Assembly: GCA_965237955.1 (NCBI GenBank)
Contig: OZ250169.1
Span: 1,248,001-1,312,000 of the forward strand
Direction of reading: 5' to 3'
DNA: 64,000 nt
Source of the DNA: Candidatus Marinacidobacterales bacterium
GTDB lineage: Bacteria > Acidobacteriota > Vicinamibacteria > Marinacidobacterales > SMYC01
A program made the translations under genes and the position numbers. The notes below the pieces were generated by a model. It did not search any database, was not told the DNA's origin, and was given only the letters and a program-made list of their open reading frames with translations. Shown here in pieces: positions 31,962 to 43,215 of this stretch (position 1 is its first letter; the number at the start of each line of letters is the position of its first letter).

Positions 31962-32153
31962 ATGTTTGGTTCGAAAATCAAGCTCGACAAAGAGCTCATC
32001 GCACGCGTGAAGAAGGTCTCCGACATCGCAGGCTACTCCAGTCCCGAAGAGTTCATCACCCACGCGCTCGAAAAAGAGCTCGCCAAGCTCGAGGATGCCG
32101 GCTCCGAGGAAGAGATCAAGAAACGATTGAAAGGTCTGGGCTACATCTCGTAG
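31962..32153 (+). CDS. Small ribbon-helix-helix (CopG-like) protein with C-terminal EEEIKKRLKGLGY motif
   Basis: Strand-helix-helix pattern (KIKL / DKELIARVKKVSDIAG / SPEEFITHALEKEL); tight operon spacing. Confidence 0.75.
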   Translation: MFGSKIKLDKELIARVKKVSDIAGYSSPEEFITHALEKELAKLEDAGSEEEIKKRLKGLGYIS

Positions 32154-32168
32154 CCGGCTCGCCGCCGC

Positions 32169-32999
32169 ATGTCGTTCATCAACGCACTCCTGCGCACGCT
32201 AATAGACGGGCTCCTCTACCCGTTCCGCGACCTTTCACCGATCGTCGGCCTGACCGTGGTGTCGCTTCTGACCGCGATTGGCCTTCTGATCGTCTTCAAG
32301 CACACGTCGAACCAAAAGGCGCTCAAGGACGTGAAGCGGAAGATCCACGCCGGGCTCTTCGAGATCCGTCTCTACAACGACGACTTCCGGTTGATGGTGA
32401 GGGCCCAGTCCGGGATCCTACGCGCGAACCTGACCTACATGCGCTACTCGATGGCACCGATGATTTGGACCCTCCCACCGCTCATCCTTCTCATCGCGCA
32501 GCTTCAGTTCCACTACGGCTACAGCGGCCTTACGCCCGGCCAGGAAGTGCTGCTCAAAATCGAGTTTTCGGAAGGAGCCTACGGCGGCGACGAAAAGCCT
32601 CCCTACGCGGTGACGACCCCGGAGGGCTTACAGCTCGACGACCTTGCGGTATGGATCCCAACCCTCGGCGAGATGGCGTGGCGCCTCACCGCGGACGCGC
32701 CGGGCGACTACGAGCTCGAGATTCGAAACGGCACTGGGAGCGCCACCGCCACCAAGACGGTGAGGGTCACCGATAGCGTCGTCCGGCGCTCACCGTTCAA
32801 AGTCCGCGGCTTTCTGAATGAGCTCATCTACCCAGCCGAGGCGTCACTCCCGAGCGACGGAGCCATCGAGTCGATTACGGTGACCTACCCCGACGCAAAC
32901 GTGGACGTCTTCGTCGAGCTCCATTGGATGATTGTCTACTTCGTGTTGTCGATCGTATTCGCCTTCATCCTCCGCGGCCCGCTCGGTGTCACGCTGTAG
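32169..32999 (+). CDS. Membrane protein resembling the Oxa1 superfamily (DUF106/EMC3/TMCO1)
   Basis: Amphipathic N-helix, TM1, charged helical hairpin, TM2 with PM...PP, soluble beta insert, final TM with W..YF..S. Confidence 0.6.
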   Translation: MSFINALLRTLIDGLLYPFRDLSPIVGLTVVSLLTAIGLLIVFKHTSNQKALKDVKRKIHAGLFEIRLYNDDFRLMVRAQSGILRANLTYMRYSMAPMIWTLPPLILLIAQLQFHYGYSGLTPGQEVLLKIEFSEGAYGGDEKPPYAVTTPEGLQLDDLAVWIPTLGEMAWRLTADAPGDYELEIRNGTGSATATKTVRVTDSVVRRSPFKVRGFLNELIYPAEASLPSDGAIESITVTYPDANVDVFVELHWMIVYFVLSIVFAFILRGPLGVTL

Positions 33000-33096
33000 G
33001 GATTCCCACATAGCGAAGCGCGCAGCCCCCGAACATCGAGCTCTAAGCGGTGCATTCAAAGGCACTTAACCCCTGTCTCCGTCGCCCGAGTCCGGC

Positions 33097-35140
33097 ATGG
33101 GACTTGCTACGCATGGAGGTATGGACGGAGATCTGCGTGCGTGGGCGAGAGGATCGATTCTCGCGTCTGCGCTCATGGCGCTAGGAGCACCAGCGTCCGC
33201 GCAAGTCGCTACCGGCACGTACGACGGCAATGGTAGTGCCGGCCGGTCCATCACTGTAGGGTTCCGCCCCAACTTCGTGTTCATCAAAGTAGACTACGAG
33301 AACATCGCCGATAATGACTTGTCGTCCGGCGTCATCCGGACAGCCATGATGACGGGCGACAACGCCAAACCGTTGACGGGCATTCAGGCCCTGATGTCCG
33401 GGCTCATCACCTCGCTCGATGTGAACGGGTTCACCGTCGGAAACGACCTGCGGGTCAACGCCGCCGGTGCAAGCTGCGGGGGCACGTGCACCTACTATTG
33501 GACCGTGTTCGGCGCCGATCCCGATTTCGCCATGGGCAGCTACACCGGCAACGGCACCAGCGTCGGCGACCCACAGTCCATCACCGGGCTCGGCTTTTCA
33601 CCGGAATACGTCATGGTGCTGCCCGCCACGACGAGACGAGCCGGCCACCGCACCACCGCTGGCGGCACCTTCAGCCGGCGCATGAGCCCGAATGGAAGCG
33701 CGCTCACGGACGCGATCACGTCCATGGATGCCGACGGCTTTACGGTGACGGTGAGCTCGAGCGCCGGTGACAACCCGAACGAGAACAGCCAGACCTACTA
33801 TTACGCCGCGTGGAACGCTGCACCGGGGAAGATGGTCATCGGCGAATATCTCGGCAACGGCGTCAACAACCGGCAGATCATCGGTACGAGCTTCTCCCCG
33901 AGTTGGTTGATCCTCTCCGCGTACGACGACGGGAAAGACCCGATTCACCGCACGAAAGACATGCCGACAGATGCAGGAAGCAGCTTCCGAAAGGATGTAC
34001 AGACCGGATACGTGCGCGCGCTCTTGCCGAACGGGTTCCAGATTGGCAGCAACAACGTCGTCAACGAAGCCGGCTTCAACTTCTTCTGGGTCGCGTTCGG
34101 CAACCAAGCAGCATGTCCCCCCATGACCGTTTCAGAATCAGGCGGCACGATTACGACCACCGCGGCTGGCAGCTTCGAGCTTCGGTTCAACTCGTCCGTC
34201 GGCGGCAGTATCGACCAGTGGTACGAGTTGAATCGCGATCCAGATCGGTCGACCAACTTGATGAACAACACGGGCGCGAACAACGAGTACGCTTTGAACG
34301 ATTTCGCGCTCTACAACGCGCCGACGACCTATCAGCTCAATGCGGAGACTGCTGCCGCACTCGAGCTTTTGGAGGTCACGCCGCTTCGCACTTTGGTGCG
34401 CGCCGAAGGCGAGCTTGGTAACGTCGCCGGTTTCGACTACCGCCAAAAGACCACCGCCTACAGCTCGGGGAAACTCTACAACCGGATGCAGTTCACGAAC
34501 AACACCGGTGGGCCACTTTCGACGTATCAAGTGAACTGGTACGCCGGCGCTGACTACTCCGTAAACTGGTTGGGGTTGACGGATCCCGAGGGAACGCTCA
34601 GCGACGCGACCGAGCCGAACGCGTACACCGACGATTACGCGCTCAAGTACGCCAACGCCGCCTCGCCCGGTGACGAGCATTTCGGAAACATCCTCTTCAT
34701 TCCGTCACGAGACTACAGCGAGTTCTCCGAAACCGGTTGGGAATGGAAGAACGACTCAGGTGACGACGGCGGCTACATCAAGCTCATGGGAACCGAAACG
34801 TTTGGCGTCGGCGGCGGTATCATCGTCACGCACAACACGGTCTTGAAATCCGACGCTATCGAGTCGATTGCCGAGGCTCGACCGTTCGCCGACGACTACC
34901 GTTTGCCCGACGTTCTCAACGTGACGACGGGAAGCGAGTGGTTCCACGCGTCCGAGAGTACGTCGTCGCCATCCGATTCTTTCAACGAAGCCGAAGGTGC
35001 CTACACGCTCGACTTCGATCCCACCAATGGCCTCGTGTTCGATATCGACGGTGGGACGACGGAACGCCGGCTTCCTGTCTATAAGATTCGCCAATGGCGG
35101 TCTCTCGGCGGCGCGAGCTCGGTGAGCTTCACCGGGACGC
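33097..35140 (+). pseudogene. Large secreted repeat protein truncated by IS5
   Basis: Signal peptide (PASA|Q); three GxYxGNG...GF/SFxP repeats; the reading frame runs into the IS terminal repeat at about 35137. Confidence 0.75.
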
Positions 35141-36231
35141 TGCCTTGGTGCACAACTCCGATAGAGGCCGATAGCTCGCTTGGCCCCGACTCCCATCATC
35201 CGATCATCTCGCTATCAGGCATCCCGAGCGCCGTCATGGTGTTGAGAATCTTGCACCCGATCCTTGCCTCGACTCTCTGTGCCGCCAACCCTCTCGCTCG
35301 CATCGCTGAGCCCACGATAGCCTTGTAGCGATGGAACGTTGTCTCGACTTTGCTCCGTTTGCTGTAGCCCGATTCTGTGTGCCACTTTCGTTTGCCGAGC
35401 CGAGCTTGTGCTGCAATGTTGCGATTGCGCTGTCGGCTGCTCGCCGGCCCCGATGCGAGCTGGGCGCCCTTGCGCGGCGGTATCAGCACCCTCGGCGAGC
35501 AATGAGCGCTGTGATTCTCGATTGCCTCATAGACGCCGCCGGCGTCGTATGCGGTGTCAGCTCTGGCCGATGAGATGGGACTGTCGATCTGTCCGACAAG
35601 CGATGCAACCCGCGATGAATCGCGGGCTCTTTTGCTCGTCAGCTCGCCGGCGACGACTTCGCCACTCTGCTCGTCGACACACAGATGGAGCTTGCGATAG
35701 TCCCTGCTCTTTGGTGCTCTGCGCAGCTGGCCGGCGTGGACAGCGAGACCGCTGCTGTCGATCAAGATGTGCAACGGCGTCTTCTGCTTGTCTTGGTAGA
35801 AGGGGACCTTACCCAGCTTCGCCTTGCGCCTCGAGATCGTGGTGTGATCGGGCACATCATTGTCTAGCTTCATCAGAGCGAACAACGATCGCATCAATCC
35901 CTCGCTCTGCCTAGATGACAGATGAAACACCATGCCCAGGGTGACAGCCGTCTCGATGGCGTGGTTCGAGTACTTGCGTTGACGGCCCGGTTTCCTCCTC
36001 CTCGGCCGGGGCGCGTCCCAGTTCACAAGCTTGCCGGCGGTGAGCGAGATCCAGACGGTCAGGCTCCCACGGTTGCGTAGACCCGCCTCATATTCACGCC
36101 AATTCCTCACGCGATAGGCCTTCTTCACATACTTCCGCTGAGTGCGTTTGAAAATGCTCATGGGGAACCTCGAATCCGTGAGTAAAGGACAATTGTGGAC
36201 CGAGATCGCGAGTTGTGCACCAAGGCAGCGT
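35137..36231 (-). mobile_element. IS5-family (IS903 group) element without TSD
   Basis: Perfect inverted repeat acgctgccttggtgcacaactc / gagttgtgcaccaaggcagcgt (exact tips uncertain); flanked by pieces of two unrelated genes. Confidence 0.88.
35196..36161 (-). CDS. IS5/IS903-group transposase
   Basis: NWREYEAGLRNRGSLTVW, PDHTTISRR, IDSSG, RKLHL, ADTAYD, YSKRSKVET. Confidence 0.92.
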   Translation of the reverse strand: MSIFKRTQRKYVKKAYRVRNWREYEAGLRNRGSLTVWISLTAGKLVNWDAPRPRRRKPGRQRKYSNHAIETAVTLGMVFHLSSRQSEGLMRSLFALMKLDNDVPDHTTISRRKAKLGKVPFYQDKQKTPLHILIDSSGLAVHAGQLRRAPKSRDYRKLHLCVDEQSGEVVAGELTSKRARDSSRVASLVGQIDSPISSARADTAYDAGGVYEAIENHSAHCSPRVLIPPRKGAQLASGPASSRQRNRNIAAQARLGKRKWHTESGYSKRSKVETTFHRYKAIVGSAMRARGLAAQRVEARIGCKILNTMTALGMPDSEMIG

Positions 36232-36932
36232 GCCTTCGGAACTTCGGGACGTGGTACGGCGCCTATCCCTACGGTCACGTTACCATCGTCGATCCCGCCT
36301 ATGGAAGTGGCGCCGGGGGGATGGAGTACCCGACGTTTTTCACCGCGGGCACACGCTTTTTCAACACAGTCGGAACGGGATCGCCCGAAAGCGTCACCGT
36401 GCACGAGTGCGGCCACCAGTTCTGGTACGGCATCGTGGGGAACAACGAGTTCGAGCACGCGTGGCTCGACGAAGGGTTCACCACGTTCTCCACCGCGCGC
36501 ACGATGGACGTGACCTATGGAAATCGAACCCTCTCGCGCCGGTACTTGAATCCGCGGGGCGCACGCCGCATGACCGGTTTTCTGCCGGTTCTGTTCGAAG
36601 GTATCGAGCGGGATCGCATCATCGGCGGCAACCGCCTCGATGGCTATCGCGCCGCCGCCACCGCGGACGCACAGTCGACACCGACGTTTCAGTACTACCC
36701 GGCCACCGGGAGCGCGCACAGCTACAACAAGACCGCGCTCTGGCTAACGACGCTCGAGCGCTACCTCGGATGTGCCACGCTTCAGGAGATCATGTCGACG
36801 TACTTCGAACGCTACAAGTTCCGACACCCTAGCCCGCAGGACTTCTTCGACGTCGCGAACGAGGTGAGCGGCCAGGATCTGACGTGGTTCTTCGACCAAG
36901 TGTATCGAAGCTCGAACGACTTCGACTACGCG

Positions 36933-38544
36933 TGTTCCGCTTCAGTGGAAATGAGACTTTCTGCAAGTGACGGGTTCTCTCCCCTGCCTGGGTGAACTGC
37001 CATGGTATCGCCACCGGGAGGATAGGGCACTGCTGGGAAGCAACCCGAGCGCCCGGTGGCCGGAATACGGTTGGCATTATTACGCACTGTGTTCATGCTC
37101 CCGGGCTCCGGTATGAGCCAAACCGGATCCGCTCAAAGCGGAAAATCCCGGGGGTTCGGGGGCAGAGCCCCCGTTCGCTATGTGACAACTGGATTCTCCG
37201 AGCCGTTTGAGGTTTTCTTCGCGGCGATGCTTGCGTGCGTTCTCGAGTTTGTCGAGACGTACCTGCTTGCGCTCTTCGTGACGGAGGAGAAACCGGTCTT
37301 CGGGCGTGAGGTATTCGATTCCTGCGTGGAGCCTCTTTGCGTTGTAAATCTCTATCCATTCTCCGATGATGTCTTTCGCGTGAAGCTGATTGCGAAGCTC
37401 CTTGTCGGAGAGGCCCTCCTCGCGCAACGTGCGATGAAATCGCTCGATTGCACCGTTGGACTGCGGATGATGAATGCGAATACGAATCTGCTTCAATGAG
37501 AAGTGCTTGATGAGTTTGCGGAAGTCCTTGCTGGTAAATTGGCTGCCGTTGTCGTTGACAATCTGGGGCCGTTCTCCAGGGTAGCGCTCCAGTGCTGCAT
37601 GGACCACATCCGTCACTTCGGCGGCGGTCATGCGCGACAGCAGTTCCCAGTACACGATGTAGCGCGAGAAGCCGTCCAGCACTCCGATGAAGAAATACCA
37701 CCGTCCCGCGATCCACAGGTACATCAAGTCCGTATGCCAGCGTTCGTGGGGGCGTTTCGGAAGTTCGGGCTTGCGGCCTACGGACGGTGTGGCATTCCAC
37801 CTTGCGAGCAAATCGTTCCGGTCCAGAATGCGGTACACGCTGCTCGGGCTCAGGCAAACGACATCCTCGTCCACCATCATCCAGCACAGCCGCCGGTAGC
37901 CGTCCCGTGGGTGTGCTAAAGCATAGACCGTCACCGCCTCCTCCTCTTCGGCAAGCACCTGGTCCAAGTCTGGTGCCTTGGGCTTGATGTCCTCCAGCGC
38001 TCCCTCCTTGCGCCTCTTTTGCCAGCGGTAGTACAGCGAGCGAGAGAGCCCGAGCTTCGAGACAACCCATTCCAGCTTCACCCGGCTTCTCTCCATCGTC
38101 TGCTCGATACAATCCAAAATCCTCAACTTCTCGTGCGGCTCGAAACGACACCGGTCGACTAGCTTCCAAGCGTTTTTTTTAGGTCCAGATTCTCCATGGT
38201 GATCTCTACCACCACCGATTTCATCCTCTCAAGCTCTTGACGCAGCTTCTCCTCGCGGCGAGACGCCTTCTCCTTCTTGCCATTCTGAAATGATTCCAGT
38301 GTCGCCTCCTCCGATTGTTTCAGCCACTGATAGTACTGCCCTGTATTCAATGCGTGGCGCCGACACACCTCGGACACCGTCGCACCACTCTCCTGGCACT
38401 CCTTGAGTATCTGCAGCTTCTCCTTCGCTGACCAACGTTTCCTGCCGTCCATCTCTGCCTTCTCCCTTCGTTGAGTATAAGACAGAGGCGAAAACCGTCA
38501 CTTACTACGACCCCCAAAAGTCTCATTTTGGCTGAACCAATACA
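36933..38544 (-). mobile_element. IS3-family element
   Basis: TG...CA ends; TIR tgttccgcttcagtggaaatgagacttt / aaagtctcattttggctgaaccaataca; 5-bp TSD ACGCG (36928-36932, 38545-38549). Confidence 0.93.
37080..38452 (-). CDS. IS3 transposase OrfA (38159-38452) and OrfB, joined by a -1 frameshift
   Basis: OrfA HTH; A8 slippery run (T8 at 38173-38180); OrfB WHTDL, DNGSQF, NGAIERFH. Confidence 0.92.
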
Positions 38545-38998
38545 ACGCGATCGGGCGTGTCGCCAGTGATCCGGTCGAGCTCGCGGGCTATGTGAAGCAG
38601 GGTTCGGATTTCGTGCACCAGACGGGTCACGATGGTGATGACGAGGCCGAGCTCTATCGTACCGAGGTCGTCGTTCAGCGACGAGGCGCAGCACGTTTCC
38701 CCGTCGAAGTTCTCATGGTGTTCGAGGACGGCTCGGAAGTGAAAAAAGAGTGGGACGGCCAGGCACGATGGAAGCTCTACGTCGAAGAAAGAGGCTCGAA
38801 GCTCGCGTATGCGGTCGTCGACCCCGAGCGCAAGCTCATGCTCGACCTCTACTACACGAACAACTCAAAACGCCTCGAGCCCGATGCGAAGCTTCCGGCC
38901 CGCAAGTGGGCCTCGAAGTGGATGATTTGGTTTCAGGACCTCTTGACCACGTTCGCTTTCTTCAGTTAGCCGTACAACAAACGGGGGAGTCACGAAAA

Positions 38999-39936
38999 AT
39001 GTCCGCGACCGGAGCAGCGTTCACAGGCCTTGGTAAAGTTCTCGGCTCGCCGAGCGTCGTTTTGTGGCTATGGCTTGCCAACGTTGTGGTGGCGCTGCCG
39101 GCGGCCATGGTGCTCACAGGCTCGATCCGCGAGTCGGTGGGCGGCAGCCTCGTTGGCGAGAAACTCCGTGACGGCTTCGACATGGGCTGGTACGGAGAAT
39201 ATCTAGCGAACGCCAAGGGGATCGAAAGCTCGTTCACGCCGACGATAGTAGGTGCGGGCGCGTTCTTCAACAATATCGAGGCTTGGCTCAACGGAAACCT
39301 CTTCGAGGTGCACCCGGGTCTATTGGGTCTCGGGATCCTCTACGCGCTTCTGTGGTCACTGTTTCTCGGTGGCGTCCTGCACCGCTACGGCGAAGCCGCC
39401 GGACTCTTCCGTCTGGGAGAGTTCCTATCTCATGGTGGCGAACTTTTTTTCGTTTCGTGCGACTCGCGGTGCTCTCGGGAGCGCTTTATTACGGGGTCTA
39501 CCGCTTTTCCGGATGGCTCTTCCGGCGGATCGAGCGTGCGACTCAGGACGTGACCGTCGAGGAGTCGGTGTTCGCGTACGTGGTCGTGGCGAGCTTCGTC
39601 GTCGTGTTCCTCCTCACGTTCGTCAACATGGCTTTCGATTACGCTAAGATCGCTACGTTTCGAGAGAACCGGCGCAGCATGGTACTCGCGTCACTGAAAG
39701 GATTCGGCTTCGTGCTCTCCCACATGAGACGAACGATGACTCTCTACTACGGGCTCGGGTTCGTGGGGCTCGTCATGCTGTTCGTGTACCACGCGATTGC
39801 GCCTGGCCCCGGGCAGTCGACGATGTTGGGCGTCGGTGCTGCCTTCTTCGTGGGGCAGTTGTACCTGCTTGCGAAGCTCGTGCTGCGCCTGACGTTCTAC
39901 TCGGGTCAGATGGCGCTCTTCGACGCGAGACGCTGA
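38999..39936 (+). CDS. Integral membrane protein downstream of the M1 peptidase; frameshift in a T7 run (possible sequencing error)
   Basis: Hydrophobic ORFs in two frames join if one T is added at 39444-39450. Confidence 0.7.
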
Positions 39937-39992
39937 GCAGAAGACCCTACCTTAAATTAATAGAGTCGTTCTTTTCCAGGCTTTTCCAGGCG

Positions 39993-40450
39993 CTAGGACT
40001 CGAGACTGCCGGCGCCGGGGAGCGAGCCGTACACCTCGTTCAGTCGTTTGGCGAGGTATTCTCCCGCCTGGATCGGCGGGGAGCGAGCGGGTCGCTCGGG
40101 CCCACAGCATGGTGGAAGGCATTCGATCCACGTGTCGTAGTTCGTCCCGAAGAAAAACGGGATCGTGTAGCGCTCCCGTCCGCTCTTGTTGAGGACGCGG
40201 TGGGGTGTAGCGCGGAAGACGTCGTTGGTCCACCGCGCGAGCATTTCCCCGAGGTTGACGACGAACGTGCCTGGGACGAGGTCGACGTCGAACCACTCGT
40301 CGTTTCGTTGAATTTGTAAACCGCCGACCTCGCCCTGATCGAGGATGGTGAAGCACTCGTAGTCGCAGTGAGCGCCGATCCCGAGGGTCATTTCCTTATT
40401 CGGCTCTTGGGACGGGTAGTGAAGGAGCCGTAGCTGCGCGATCGGCCGGT
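39993..40450 (-). pseudogene. 2OG-Fe(II) oxygenase (IPNS family), C-terminal half only
   Basis: QLRLLHYP, GAHCD, VNLGEML..WTND, HRV, RYTIPFF; N-terminal half missing. Confidence 0.85.
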
Positions 40451-40454
40451 CGGG

Positions 40455-40786
40455 CTTGTCTATCGCGGTCTGTACCTCCTGTGCTACCTGATGAAGAGCT
40501 TGGTGTTCCTGCAGTTCTGGTTGATTGCGGAAGAGGTGTGCGACATCCGCCAGGCGAAGCGTCTCTTTCCCATGCTCCTTGGCTTCAGCCTTGTCGGCGG
40601 CGTCACCGCGTCGATCCCTACGAGTTGGTGCGACTCAACGCCATCGAAGGCCTCGGCCGGCTCGCGTCGGCGAGCAGTCTCGTGCTGCTGCAGAAGATTG
40701 CGCGCGAGCAGACGGGACGCACCCGGCAGTATGCGGCCGCAGCCATCGAGAGAATCCTGTCTCGAACCGACCTCGCGGTCGAATGA
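40455..40786 (+). pseudogene. Fused remnants of an ADP/ATP-translocase-like transporter and a HEAT-repeat C-terminus
   Basis: QFWLIAEEVCDIRQAKRLFP followed in another frame by DPYELVRLNAIEGLGRL. Confidence 0.55.
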
Positions 40787-40842
40787 GGCCGGTGGAGAAT
40801 CCTGATAAGCTAGCGCTCGATTTTCGTTCGGGAGAGGCAATT

Positions 40843-41724
40843 ATGAAAAAGACAGTGCATCCAACAACTTCTTTTGTTCTGGCAGCGGTGCTGATTGTGA
40901 TCGGCGCGCATTTCGCAACCGCCCAAGACTTCGACGCCGTGGAGATGAAGGTGCATCCGGTTGCCGGCCAGGTGTACTACATCGAAGGCAGGGGCGGGAA
41001 CATCGGTCTTTTTGTCGGTGATGACGGTGTGTTTCTGATCGACGATCAGTTCGCTCCGTTGACCGACAAGATCGTCGCCGCGGTCAGGACCGTCTCCGAT
41101 AAGCCGATTCGCTTTCTCGTGAACACCCACATGCATCCGGATCACACCGGTGGCAACGAGAACTTCGGCAAGATGGGGACGCTGATCTTCGGCCACGAAA
41201 ACGTCCGCACCCAGATGGAGCTCGCCGGGTACGAGCAAGCACCGCCGCTAGTGACGTACGGTGATGACATCACTTTCTATATCAATGGAGAGACTGTCTA
41301 CGCGTTCAAGACACCCGACGCGCATACGAACAACGATTCCTACATCGTCTTCAAAGGCTCGAATGTCATCCATACCGGTGATATCTACCGAACGACGAGC
41401 TATCCGTACGCTGATACCACCAACGGGGGCACTTTTCTCGGTACGATCAAAGCCCTCGATCTCCTGATTGAAATTTCGAACGCGGACACGAAGATCCTTC
41501 CGGGCCACGGAGTCCTCTCGAACGTCGGCGAGGTAAGAGCGTGGCGCGACATGCTTCTGACCATCCGCGATCGCGTCAGCTCGGCCATCGCTGCGGGAAA
41601 GACGTTGGAGGAAATACAAGCGGCGGGGTTGACGAAAGAATACGACGAGCGCTGGGACAGCGGCCGGCGCATTGGTAGCGCGGCCACCCTGCTCGAAGCC
41701 GCCTACAAAGACCTTGCACCGTAG
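40843..41724 (+). CDS. Secreted MBL-fold metallo-hydrolase (cyclase-like)
   Basis: THMHPDHTGGN, AHT, HTGD, PGHG; signal peptide; GGAG SD. Confidence 0.92.
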   Translation: MKKTVHPTTSFVLAAVLIVIGAHFATAQDFDAVEMKVHPVAGQVYYIEGRGGNIGLFVGDDGVFLIDDQFAPLTDKIVAAVRTVSDKPIRFLVNTHMHPDHTGGNENFGKMGTLIFGHENVRTQMELAGYEQAPPLVTYGDDITFYINGETVYAFKTPDAHTNNDSYIVFKGSNVIHTGDIYRTTSYPYADTTNGGTFLGTIKALDLLIEISNADTKILPGHGVLSNVGEVRAWRDMLLTIRDRVSSAIAAGKTLEEIQAAGLTKEYDERWDSGRRIGSAATLLEAAYKDLAP

Positions 41725-41747
41725 GAAACGCGATCACGAAGGCCCGA

Positions 41748-43067
41748 TCACTGCGAAACGACGCGCTCGAGATCTTCGAACCAATTGACGACGACGCGCA
41801 GTCCCGCGGCACGCCCTCGTCTCGTTGCACGAAGATGAAACGCTCCCCGTCCAGCGATACGTCGTAGTTTTGATTGCGCCCGCCCCCGCCCACGACGAAG
41901 CGCGCGGTGACCACGGTCCTGGGCGTCCCCGCTTCGAGGTTGTCTCCGGTCTCGACATCCACCGCGAGGAGCTCGTCGCCGTGGCGGTAGAAGAGCTCCG
42001 TTCCGTCTCTCGACCACACTGGCTCGCGCCCGCCGTCCGTCGAGATCACCTGTTTGCCTTCTGGACCGGGAAACGCTTGAACGTAGATTTCGTCTCCGCC
42101 CGTTTCATCGGAGACGTAGGCGAGCCAACGTCCGTTCGGCGAGAGCCTCGGCGAGCGCTCGCTCGCGTCCGTCACCACCAAGGGTACGGGCTCGCCATCG
42201 AGAGGAAGCATCCAGATGTCGCCTCCCGTCGAGGGATGCATCTCGTAAAACACGAGGCTCCTGCCGTCCGGCGACCAAGACGTCGGCCATTGACTTCCCT
42301 CGCGCACGGGAAGAACGAGCTCTGCCTCGCCACTTCCGTCCGCTCGACGCGAATACATGCCTGTGTCGGTCGTATACGTGACGCGACGGCCGTCGGGGGT
42401 CCACGTTGGCGCACTTCCTCCGACGCGCGTCCGGGTCCCGCGCACGACATCGAAAATCCAAGCCTCCTCTTCTCCCAAGTCGCTGATGCTCACCGCTAGC
42501 TGAGACCCATCCGGCGACAGACGCGGGGCGTCGTACGCGGCGGGCTCGGCCGCGACGGGCGTGACCCGACCTTCGCGATCGACCCAGGCTAGCGTCAATC
42601 CACCCCCAACTTTGGTTTCCCCGGCTGCGTAAACCAACGTTCCGACCTGTGATATCGCGACATAGTCGATTCGATCGCTGGAATAGATATCCTCGAGCAC
42701 GATAGTGGGAGAGCTCGTCGACTCGAGTGTTTCTAGATCGAAAGCCACTGCCCACAGACCTCCCGATTGCGTATAGACGAGGTGTCCTGATGGCACATGA
42801 CCCACCAGGGTCGCGTTGGCCGCCCTCTGAACCGACGTCGTGAAGCGTGCAAATGTGAGGATGGTTCAAGCTGGAGACAGCACGCGCCTCGCGCTCGAAA
42901 CGCTCGCGAAAGGCTGGATCGGACGAGACGAGTCGGTGGAGCACCTTGATGGCGACGGTGCGATCGAGGCGAGTATCGCGGGCTTTGTAGACTTCGCCCA
43001 TGCCGCCCTGGCCGATCGCACCGACCACTTCGAAGTGACCTAACTTGTCGCCGGCAGAAAGTGGCAT
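41748..43067 (-). pseudogene. Ser/Thr protein kinase-PD40/TolB propeller fusion with large internal deletion
   Basis: GQGGMGEVYKARD...VAIK...FEREARAVSSLNHPHI stops near 42820, lacking HRD and DFG; joined to SPDG propeller repeats; further frameshift near the 3' end. Confidence 0.88.
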
Positions 43068-43215
43068 GAATGGCACTCGCGAGACAACACCCGGGCCCGT
43101 CCCGAGTCGAGCCCGAGTCGAAACGCGCGATTGTATCGCGGTAACCAGGCTTGGGTCACGTCGGGTGCTCGGATACACTTGGGCATCTTGTGGCCTACAT
43201 ACAGAGGAAACGCGC

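Larger units (their letters stand above)
36232..38969 (+). pseudogene. M1 family metallopeptidase, 5'-truncated by IS5 and split by IS3
   Basis: GGMEYP, HECGH..W, WLDEG, SYNK; excising the IS3 restores the frame DYAIGRVASDP... Confidence 0.9.

Noticed and set aside
35196-36719. 507-aa transposase fusion
   Set aside because: The extension crosses the IS end into the antisense strand of the M1 peptidase; the transposase starts at 36161.
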